Virus record (IMG/VR): IMGVR_UViG_3300005662_000090
Location: 1-39,287 of that record
DNA from: a virus
Lineage: Duplodnaviria > Caudoviricetes
DNA: 39,287 nucleotides
Direction: 5' to 3' (one strand)
In this document: positions 1 to 8,400 of the stretch, one piece after another
Layout: each line of letters opens with the position of its first letter
How positions within the stretch are numbered: position 1 is the stretch's first letter
Notes under the pieces: model-generated
Database searches by the model: none
What the model was told of the DNA's origin: nothing
The model's input: the letters and a program-made list of their open reading frames with translations, nothing else
Program-made: the position numbers and the translations under genes

Positions 1-2
1 TA

Positions 3-485
3 TATCTTAAAGATTCTAGCTGGTGGACTCCTTTTGGGACTGGCTCACGCTATTACACTGATCGAACGGGTACTCCAGACGCTTGTATGGTTGCGGCTTC
101 TGCCTTCGCTTTAGAGAAAGCATTAGCTTCATTTAAAGAACGTTTTCAACGCTGTCAAGAATTTCAATCTACTATTGAGCCTGAATTAAAGTCTTTAGGT
201 TATTATGTAGTAGCCGAAGATACTTGCCGCTCGCCCAACACCACTTTTGTACATAAAAAAGATGCAATCAATGATTTGTTAAAATTAAACGAAAGTAATA
301 TTTATTGTGGGTTAGGATCTGCTTGTGGATCTCATGCTACGGGCGTTAGTAAATCTTTAAAGAATTTTGTTTATCCACTAGAATATAAAATATCTTCTCC
401 TCATGATTTCATTAGAATTTCACAATGGGGAGAATATGGTAAAAAAGAAGCTAAAAAAATTATTAATGTTTTAAGGAAAACTTGA
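3..485 (+). CDS. Cysteine desulfurase (IscS/NifS-like, PLP class V aminotransferase), C-terminal part, 5'-truncated by the window edge
   Basis: The frame is open from position 3 (YLKDSSWWTPFGTGSRYYTDRTGTPDACMVAAS...), upstream of the listed start at 87. RTGTP resembles the IscS RxGT motif, GLGSACGS (GSAC at 315-326) resembles the catalytic SSGSACTS loop, and FIRIS resembles the terminal IRxS motif. Confidence 0.8.
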   Translation, partial: YLKDSSWWTPFGTGSRYYTDRTGTPDACMVAASAFALEKALASFKERFQRCQEFQSTIEPELKSLGYYVVAEDTCRSPNTTFVHKKDAINDLLKLNESNIYCGLGSACGSHATGVSKSLKNFVYPLEYKISSPHDFIRISQWGEYGKKEAKKIINVLRKT

Positions 486-802
486 AACATGTTAAAGGAT
501 TACCAAAAATAAAATGTGAAATATCTGAGTGTAATGTCACTGATTCGGCGGCATTGCACTATCATCATATAATAGAGCAACATGAATTACAGACAGATAA
601 TAGTGTTTGGAATTTATGTGTAATTTGCGCTGTTCATCACAATTTGGTTCATGCTGGAAAATTAAAAATTATAGGACCATATCCATCAACGCACAATAAT
701 GGAAGAATTTTAGTTTATGAAATAGATGGTAAGTGCAACATTCCTGGAATAACTCAACCATACTATCAACCAAAGCCAAAAGGCATTAGATTAAGGAAGT
801 AA
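482..802 (+). CDS. HNH endonuclease (small, free-standing)
   Basis: CxxxxC...LHYHHII...NSVWNLCVICAVHHNLVH matches the HNH beta-beta-alpha-metal pattern with zinc ligands. The TTG start overlaps the upstream TGA. Confidence 0.8.
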   Translation: MKHVKGLPKIKCEISECNVTDSAALHYHHIIEQHELQTDNSVWNLCVICAVHHNLVHAGKLKIIGPYPSTHNNGRILVYEIDGKCNIPGITQPYYQPKPKGIRLRK

Positions 803-803
803 T

Positions 804-1073
804 ATGACTGGTAAAAGTGAAAAAGAAATGAGAAAAACAGTTTTACACATGGCAAAATTATTAGGATGTGTTCAAGAAGTACAAGCAATATTTAATAAGT
901 ATGATGTTTTATTAAAACAATCAGTTGATCCGAATGAAAGATATCAAATTGGATTGTCGGGAGTAAAAGAACTTCATACTTTAATGGGAATGAAGGGGGC
1001 ATTAATTGTTAATGGTCAAATTATTTTGCCACCAGATAAAAATTTCAATCCAAATAAATATATTATTTCATAA
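804..1073 (+). CDS. Hypothetical protein (89 aa)
   Basis: Tightly packed ORF starting 1 nt after the previous stop; no recognisable motif. Confidence 0.7.
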   Translation: MTGKSEKEMRKTVLHMAKLLGCVQEVQAIFNKYDVLLKQSVDPNERYQIGLSGVKELHTLMGMKGALIVNGQIILPPDKNFNPNKYIIS

Positions 1074-1122
1074 TTAAACAATTAATATATCCATAATCAT
1101 GCATTTCATTAGGAATATGAAT

Positions 1123-1347
1123 ATGGAAAAACAATTTACAGGTAAAGTTATTTGGTTCAACCCTAAAAACGGCTATGGCTTCATTGAATGGTCAGATGAT
1201 GGAGTAAAGCAAAAAGACATGTTTGTTCATTTTTCTGATATTGTTTGTGAAGGATTTAAAACCTTAACAAAAGATCAGACAGTATCATTTAAAGTTGGCA
1301 AAAATCATAGTGGAAATCCAAAGGCAATTGAAGTCACTGTGAAATGA
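1123..1347 (+). CDS. Cold-shock domain protein (CspA family RNA chaperone)
   Basis: TGKVIWFN, RNP1 KNGYGFI, RNP2 MFVHFSDI, EGFKTL...QTVSF, PKAIEV. ATG 1123 is preferred over 1099 because AGGA lies at 1111-1114 and the resulting length (74 aa) is typical. Confidence 0.93.
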   Translation: MEKQFTGKVIWFNPKNGYGFIEWSDDGVKQKDMFVHFSDIVCEGFKTLTKDQTVSFKVGKNHSGNPKAIEVTVK

Positions 1348-1736
1348 AATTTTTAATTCATAATCGTTCTCGATTATCAGTTTCTATAGGTGATTTAAAA
1401 ATCAGTATACCTCCAGGTAAAACTATAGATCTGCTAAAAAATAAAATTGGAATTACTTTAGATCAAATACAGGCATCTTATAGTTCTGGTTCTTTATACA
1501 GAAAAAGAGACAAATTAGTTAAAGTAGAAAACGCTCCTTTACCTTTTAAAGCTCCAGACATTTCAGTTTCTAAATTGGCAGGGTTAACAGATAATCCTAT
1601 TGGAAATTTTTCTAAAAATACCTCTATTTATAATGAGGTATTCGGAGAAGACGTTAATTTAACAGATGATGAATTTATTAAACAGTTAATTGAAGAAGAG
1701 CAAATGCTCTGGAACCCTCACGAAAGAAAAAAATAA
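1344..1736 (+). CDS. Hypothetical phage protein (130 aa)
   Basis: ATGA overlap with the csp stop; basic N-terminus and acidic C-terminus; no function assignable. Confidence 0.7.
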   Translation: MKFLIHNRSRLSVSIGDLKISIPPGKTIDLLKNKIGITLDQIQASYSSGSLYRKRDKLVKVENAPLPFKAPDISVSKLAGLTDNPIGNFSKNTSIYNEVFGEDVNLTDDEFIKQLIEEEQMLWNPHERKK

Positions 1737-1754
1737 GATTTAGCTATTATTAAT

Positions 1755-1768
1755 AATAATTTTGCATA
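1755..1768 (+). promoter_or_regulatory. Candidate phage promoter motif AWTAWTWNNNYATA (AATAATTTTGCATA)
   Basis: One of seven similar 14-mers upstream of structural genes; ends 5 nt before ATG 1774. Confidence 0.4.
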
Positions 1769-1773
1769 TTAGC

Positions 1774-2679
1774 ATGGCTACTTTAAAACCCCGCTCTCAA
1801 ATCATTCATCCTACTGAAGGGGTAAGTTTACGTGTTCAATTTTATGATCTTGCAGGAAATCCTGTAGATTTAGTTGCAGTGCCTCAAGTTACTATCATTC
1901 AACCAAGTGGAAATGTAGTAACCGGACCTACTAGCGTAGGCGTTTACCGTGTAGATACTGGTTTATATGGTTTTGATTATACTACCCAATTACAAACAAG
2001 CCAAGGAGTCTGGGTAGATCTTTGGAGAGGTCAAATTCCATCAGGTCAAATTATTGTAAAAGAATTTAATTTTACAGTATTTTATACTCAAACTCCTTTA
2101 ACCAACAGCGATGGCTATTGGGCATTGGGAGATGATGTACCATTTAATTATTCTCAAACTGCAATATTAAATATTAATAAATTATTAAAAGGACTGAAAG
2201 CTAGATTAAAATCTAGTGGTAAATCAGCGGGTGTAGACCAATTTAATAATCCAATTTATGTAGACTGTGATATTTACAGCACAGATCAGCTAGTAACATT
2301 TTTAGCACAATCTTTAAGCATGTTCAATGAGATACCTCATTTTACAGCATTTGAATTTCATCATACAGAAATTATTACTTTATTTTATGACATTTTGGTT
2401 CAGGGAGCAACTCTATTAGCTTTGTCTAGCCAGGCTCTTATTGAAAGAGGTAGAGAATATAATTTAACTGATAACGGAGTAAGTTTAACACCTCCAACGG
2501 TCAGCGAATTATTAAATACTCAATGGAGTACAGAATTAACAAATCATTTAGAAAGAACCAAGATTATAAAAGGAAATATGAAACCTGCGCCGTTGGGTGC
2601 TGGCACTTTGACAGGAAGCGTTGTCCGTGCCCCACAATTTGCTCGTCTCCGCTGGCTCCGCGCCCGTCAAATCTACTGA
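1774..2679 (+). CDS. Putative neck / head-tail adaptor protein with an N-terminal Ig-like beta domain
   Basis: N-terminal half is beta-rich (VQFYDLAGNPVD...DTGLYGFDYT...GVWVDLW). C-terminal half is helical and adaptor-like (YSTDQLVTFL...REYNLTDNGVSL). Lies upstream of the tail genes. ATG 1774 is preferred over TTG 1762. Confidence 0.55.
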   Translation: MATLKPRSQIIHPTEGVSLRVQFYDLAGNPVDLVAVPQVTIIQPSGNVVTGPTSVGVYRVDTGLYGFDYTTQLQTSQGVWVDLWRGQIPSGQIIVKEFNFTVFYTQTPLTNSDGYWALGDDVPFNYSQTAILNINKLLKGLKARLKSSGKSAGVDQFNNPIYVDCDIYSTDQLVTFLAQSLSMFNEIPHFTAFEFHHTEIITLFYDILVQGATLLALSSQALIERGREYNLTDNGVSLTPPTVSELLNTQWSTELTNHLERTKIIKGNMKPAPLGAGTLTGSVVRAPQFARLRWLRARQIY

Positions 2680-2712
2680 TATAATTAAATAAAAGACAAT
2701 TAAAGAAATAAT

Positions 2713-3504
2713 ATGAATACAGAAAAAAATTTAAAACTTTTAAATGAAATTAAACAAAAAATTAAATCAACAGATACTATTAAAAAAATGTTTAAAGATG
2801 AAGGTTTATCTTTAGATATTATTGATTTAGTCCCCATGTGCTTTTCTGATTTAGAAGTTTCGGCTCGCACTCAACACGGAATTATTTATTTTAATAAAGA
2901 TTTATTAAAAAAACCAGAAGAAATAGACCATTATATGGTTCATGAATTAACTCATGTATTGCAGCAATGTTTCTCTGATGGTCCAACTCAAGGATCAAAT
3001 GATTCAAATTATTTAGATAATCCTTATGAGCAAGAAGGATTTCAAAATCAAACTAAATTTTTATCTGAAACCGAAGGAGAGGAAGTTGCAGAAGAATACA
3101 TTGATAAAGTCTTAGAACACCATGATGTCTCTAAAAAAGAAATAAAAGATAAAAAAGACGCATTACTTTCCACTGCTTCTATGAAGAAAAGAAAAGATAA
3201 ATTAACAGAATTTTTAACTTCTCAACTTCCTGAAAAACAAAAAGATGACACAATAAGATTGCATGACGCAAGTAAAATTACATTAAATATGCTACGTAGA
3301 ATGGAAGAAGATCCAGAATATAAAAAAAGAATTTTACAATTAATGAAAGAAGATAAAGAGCAAGAATTATTAGACAATCCAGAATTATTTAATAAAATAA
3401 AAAAAGAAAGACAAGAAAAAATAGATCAAGTAGAAACTAATAGAAAAGGCGTAGCCGAGATGCTAAGAGTCTTAAACGAACTTAGCGAAAAAAATAAAAG
3501 ATAA
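2713..3504 (+). CDS. Zincin-type metallopeptidase-like protein (HExxH, DUF4157-like motif) with a K/E-rich C-terminal half
   Basis: HELTHVLQQ at 2941-2967 followed by NPYEQEG, which supplies a candidate third Glu ligand. Confidence 0.7.
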   Translation: MNTEKNLKLLNEIKQKIKSTDTIKKMFKDEGLSLDIIDLVPMCFSDLEVSARTQHGIIYFNKDLLKKPEEIDHYMVHELTHVLQQCFSDGPTQGSNDSNYLDNPYEQEGFQNQTKFLSETEGEEVAEEYIDKVLEHHDVSKKEIKDKKDALLSTASMKKRKDKLTEFLTSQLPEKQKDDTIRLHDASKITLNMLRRMEEDPEYKKRILQLMKEDKEQELLDNPELFNKIKKERQEKIDQVETNRKGVAEMLRVLNELSEKNKR

Positions 3505-3526
3505 ATATGTTTAATTGATATATATT

Positions 3527-3540
3527 ATTAATTAGGCATA
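3527..3540 (+). promoter_or_regulatory. Candidate phage promoter motif (ATTAATTAGGCATA)
   Basis: Same consensus; ends 8 nt before ATG 3549. Confidence 0.4.
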
Positions 3541-3548
3541 TTTATGAT

Positions 3549-5147
3549 ATGTCTTGCGATCCTCCTATTCCAAAATATTTACCACACAGTGTAGTGGGGA
3601 TAAAAAAAGCTTTTTGCACTCCTGATGGACAAGGCGTAACATTGGAGTGGGAAAGAGCCTATCCTTCTCCTTATAATTTTAAAATTGGATATAATATATA
3701 TTATTCAACAATTAAAGAAGATGTTTTTTCTGAAGGTCCAAAATATTTAGTATTAGACAAAAATACTATTGATTTATTAGATTTCACCCCAGGAGATAGT
3801 TATTATTTTGCTGTAAGAGCAACTGTATTCGATCCAACATTAGTTTCTTTAGATGGATTACCAGACGAGGGAGTAGCTAAAATATATCCTGAGTCTTCTT
3901 TATTGTCTGATATTTCAGATTCAGATACTACAGTTTATATTAATGACATTGAATTATTTCCAAATTTTGGAGTAATTCAAATTGGTGTAGAATTAATGAG
4001 CTACACCAATAAAGATATTCCTAATAGTGCTTTAACTGGAGTAACTAGAGGAATTTTAAAAACTACAGCCAAGTCACACACTGTAGACGGCTATGATGGA
4101 TATGATCAATGGGATCCTTTCATAAAATTTTGGAAAGGATTTGAAGATAAGAATTTATCATATTATCAAGAAGTAATTAATTTTGCATATCCTAATTACG
4201 CTTATACAAATACAGATGGCTACAAATACAGCCAAGATATTGTATATTCTAATTTAAAAAACGTAGACAATAATGAATCTGACTTCCCAAGATATGATTT
4301 AGTTGGATGGAGAAGAACAAGTATTAAAGATTATTTAACTGGTAAGTGTGTTGGAAGTTATTTTGGTGGAGAAATTTACTGTGCAGATGGATATGATGGA
4401 GTCGGAAGGCAGATTAGAGGACCATCTATAACAGATGAAAATAACAGAAGACAAGAATTACTATTAGAACAAACTGGAAAAGCTGTTGTTTTACTTAGAA
4501 GATATCATACTGGAATTCGCTGCAAATGCTTTTTGGCAGAAGTCGAACAGCCTGATGATCGATGCCCTTCTTGTTTTGGAACTGGATTCACAGTAGGATA
4601 TGAACAATTTTTTAATCCAAGAAGAAGCGATGGAAGAATCTTAGTTAGAATTGATACTACAGATGAAGATATTGCTCAACAAGAAGCAGGATTAGAAAAT
4701 ACTTTCGCTCCTAGTGGATGGACTTTGGTTTATCCCGTTATTAAAGATCGTGATATTATTATTCTTTACGATCCTTATGAAAAGGAGTTAGAAGAAGCTA
4801 GATATGAAATAATGAGCGTTACTAGAAATGTTATTTTTTACGAATCTTATGGCGCTCAAAAATTTAAATTACAAAGAATCCGCAAAACTGATTCTGCTTA
4901 TAAAATTAAAGTTTTTTCTGATAGCTCTATGATGCCTAGTAATTTAACTACCAGCATTAACATGGGTGGAATATTTTTACCTCACTCTCATACTGTAGTT
5001 GTGAGTGAGAAAATTGTTAATATTAATCAAATTAATCAACTGACTAGTTTAGGCGGAGCAAACATAACACAAAATCATACGCATCAAGTTGTCAATGGAA
5101 TTGTTCAACCTGCAGCTGATGGTCATACTCACACTGTGATTTTGTGA
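3549..5147 (+). CDS. Putative neck / head-closure protein with an N-terminal FN3-like domain, a Cys4 zinc finger and C-terminal HxH repeats
   Basis: FN3 pattern TLEW...GYNIYYS...FTPGDSYYFAVRA; CKC...CPSCFGTGF at 4521-4589; PVIKDRDIII...RYEIMSV resembles head-closure beta-barrels; HSH, HTH, HTH near the C-terminus. Confidence 0.55.
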   Translation: MSCDPPIPKYLPHSVVGIKKAFCTPDGQGVTLEWERAYPSPYNFKIGYNIYYSTIKEDVFSEGPKYLVLDKNTIDLLDFTPGDSYYFAVRATVFDPTLVSLDGLPDEGVAKIYPESSLLSDISDSDTTVYINDIELFPNFGVIQIGVELMSYTNKDIPNSALTGVTRGILKTTAKSHTVDGYDGYDQWDPFIKFWKGFEDKNLSYYQEVINFAYPNYAYTNTDGYKYSQDIVYSNLKNVDNNESDFPRYDLVGWRRTSIKDYLTGKCVGSYFGGEIYCADGYDGVGRQIRGPSITDENNRRQELLLEQTGKAVVLLRRYHTGIRCKCFLAEVEQPDDRCPSCFGTGFTVGYEQFFNPRRSDGRILVRIDTTDEDIAQQEAGLENTFAPSGWTLVYPVIKDRDIIILYDPYEKELEEARYEIMSVTRNVIFYESYGAQKFKLQRIRKTDSAYKIKVFSDSSMMPSNLTTSINMGGIFLPHSHTVVVSEKIVNINQINQLTSLGGANITQNHTHQVVNGIVQPAADGHTHTVIL

Positions 5148-5157
5148 AAAAATGCTT

Positions 5158-5178
5158 AAATCTTACTTCGTAAGATTT
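5158..5178. repeat. Perfect 9-bp inverted repeat with a 3-nt loop (AAATCTTAC-TTC-GTAAGATTT); possible terminator or DNA hairpin
   Basis: Read directly, 10 nt after the stop at 5147. The loop reads C-GAA-G on the minus strand. Confidence 0.7.
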
Positions 5179-5180
5179 GT

Positions 5181-5280
5181 TAATATTAATATTTAGATTT
5201 ATTATAATATTAAGATCTAGATCTATAATAAGATCTATATATAATTATAATCGCGTGCGTAGCGCGCATACGCGCGTATA
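5181..5280. other. AT-rich tract with three AGATCT followed by an alternating purine-pyrimidine CG-rich tract; candidate origin or regulatory element
   Basis: AGATCT at 5213, 5219 and 5231; CGCGTGCGTAGCGCGCATACGCGCGTATA at 5252-5280, containing the palindrome ATACGCGCGTAT (5268-5279). Confidence 0.4.
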
Positions 5281-5486
5281 ATAAAGTATGTAGTTCATAG
5301 TGAAGCAGATTCTCAGGGGTAAACAATTTTAAAGTGAGACTCAATTAACAAGATAACAATATAGCTAATATTATTTTAAGAAGATAATAGTTTTATCTAG
5401 TCTCTCTCAAGAGACATGGTTTTAAATTTTAAATACTAAAATAGATTAATTAAATTAAGAACAAGGTAAAAGTTCGGCATAAAGGC

Positions 5487-8400
5487 ATGACAAAATTCGT
5501 AGGATCAAGCAGAGTAAGAGAAGGTGGTCGACCTGTAACGCATTATCAGGATTTTATTGCTCACACTGGAGCGACTGATTGGCGTCATAAAGCTTCCGAT
5601 ATAGACATGGAGCCTTTAGTGTATGGCTCAACCGTTCAATCTGCATTAGAGCAAGTAAAATCAATTATTGAAAATGCAGGAACTGGTTTTATTTCAATTG
5701 GAAAATTAAATAATGTTCCAGGCGTTTACAACGCAGATGATCCTGCTACTCCGACTTTAAAAGATGCTATTTATGCAGCAATCTTAGATTCAAGATTGAC
5801 AGGTGGTGGAACAATTTTATTGTTACCCGGAACATATGAAGTTACAGAAACTATTGATATTCCAAATGGAATATCTTTAATTGGAGATATGGCTGGAACT
5901 TATATAGTAAGCCATTTATCAACAGATAATTATATTTTTAATATTTTAACTTCCTCTTCTAATTTTTCTATAGGCGGAGATTCAGGATTTGGAAATCAAA
6001 CAGTTTTAAAGCCTTCCGGCACTTTTCAAACAAGATTTGAAAATTTAATTATCACAGATAATTCTGATGGTTCAGTTAATAGCGGAAATGCTACTTTAAG
6101 CGGTTCTACTAAGTCCATGGTTTATTTGGAGCGTGGTGCAAATGTAGAATTTAATAAAGTAACATTTATTGGCAGGTTAAATAATGGACCTGTTTTAAAT
6201 AGAATTAAAACAAATCAAATTATTTCTTGTCAAGCTACTGGATTCACTAGGGCTACTTCAGTAGCTTTTAATAATTGTTATATTGATTCAGTTGTCAGAC
6301 TTGGAGATTTTTCTCCAGCGATTGGCGATACTGACTTTTTGTCTGTAAAAAATTGCAAGATTAGATTTTATGGAGAGGAAGTTGGTTCTTCAAATAAAGA
6401 ATTAATTAAAAGTACTTTAGCAAATATTGAAATAGAAAATAATTATATTCAAGGAGCCGGTTCTGATGCGGGCACCATATTGAATGTTTTATCTACTTCT
6501 GTATCTTCTAGTACCAATTGTTCAATAAAAATTTCTGGAAATTCAGGTTATTCTGTTGTATCAACTGCTCTGGGAGGGTCAAAGCTTTACGATTATAACT
6601 ACGGTTCTTCTGTCCGAATAATAACTTCTAGCAATTCTTGGGGCAGTCATCGACTTGGAAATACTCTGTGGAGCATTGTTCTTGGGATGGACGAGGGAGA
6701 TGTAGTAGGATCTGCGGCATTAGACTTTGTATTTTCTTGCTATAATTCAGATGAATCTACGCTTCCAACAATTATTTTAAATCCTGGATTGTATAACGTT
6801 ACCGTTAATAGTGGAGGTTTTTACAGTTTTAAATTAGAAGGAAATCAACTGGGAAGATATTATCCTATAATTAATTTAAATTTGGGAACTGGTACATTAG
6901 ATTATTTTAATAACAGATATGTTGTTTTAGGAAATTCTTTAAAAAATATTTATTTTAAATCTACTGATAATTTTTGTTCAGTTCATTTAACTCCTGGAGG
7001 ACCATCTACTTCGGACGGATCTGCTGAAAATATCACAGTAGATAATTGTATTTTTATAAATACAAATTTATTTATTGATCCTGCGAATTCAAGTTTTATT
7101 TCGGATGGTCAAGAAGGGTTTTATCCATTTAACGGCGCATATATTTCTAAGTGTACATTTTATCAAGATTCAACATTTCCTGCTAATTGGTCATTTTATG
7201 CCCCTCCATTAGATAATATTGTTTTATCTGATTCAAGATTTATGGGAGCAGGATATGCAATTAATCACAGGGAGATTACATCCGGTCCTTTTAAAAATGA
7301 TTATTTTTCTTTTTCTTTTTCGCAAAGAAAATTTACAGTTAATAATTGTGGCTTTTTCAGACTGGATCAAGTTGACAATTTACCATCTGTTGGTAATCCA
7401 TATTATATGGATATAAGTCCTGGGTATGGACTGGTGCATTTTTCTAATTCTACAATTTCTTGGTATGATCAAAATTATGATGAATTTAATTTGTCTTTAA
7501 ATATAGAAAAATTTATTTATATTTTAGCAGATTATGTTTCAGTAGATAATTGTTATTTTGAATTTCCTGATTTATTTTATACAAATTCTATTAAATATCC
7601 AGTTCCAGGATTGTGTATAGAAAATAATTCTGGGAGAACAAGTCTTAATATTAATAATAATTGGTTTGCATATGGATTATTTCCTTTAAAAATATTTGGA
7701 ACCACAGTTGCTAATCAGAATACTTTTTATGAAATAAATAATAATAAATTTTTAAGAAACTCTAGCTCTTCTTTTTATAGTCCTTTTACTGTTGTAGATG
7801 TTGAAATTGAAGGAAATACTTCTGGATTTGAGCTTCCAAATGTTGTTAATTTTAATAATAATATTATTGAACAACAACCTTATCCTGGAAAAGATGGATA
7901 TCAAGTTGAGCACTTTCAATTTACTAATTCATCAATTTATTCTACAGGTGCAGTTGTTCAAATTTATGCTAGCGCTTGCGTAGTAAATGTTTTAAATAAT
8001 AAAATCATAGCAGAAGTAATAGAACCAGCAGATCATTCATTAACTCATTTTTCTGGAATATATGTTAATACTAGAAAGAATAATTCTGGAGATGTAAATA
8101 AATTTAATTATGTTAACGCTTGTAATAATTATATTTATTTAGAGGCTGGAACTTTTGATTTGGCATCTGCTAGTAGATATTGTTCTGTTTTGCATTTAAA
8201 TTCTTCTTATGTTACCGTAAAAGATAATTATTTAAATTTTAACAATCAATCATCATCTGCAACTTTAGGATTTAAAGGCTGCTTAGTCATAGAGGGTAGT
8301 AAATATAATCAAGGCGATAGTATAGTTTCTGGAAACATTTTCGATAGAAGAGATGAAACTTCTACTTTAAGAAGTTTATTAGGCGGATATATTTTAATTG

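Noticed and set aside
482-802. HNH gene as part of a group I intron or intein
   Set aside because: The flanking genes abut it directly with no room for intron core sequence, and the upstream desulfurase ends after its IRxS motif and final helix, so it does not appear split.
5148-5486. CRISPR array, tRNA or known ncRNA in the large intergenic gap
   Set aside because: No regularly spaced direct repeats and no cloverleaf or T-loop signature were visible. A covariance-model search would be needed to exclude an ncRNA fully.
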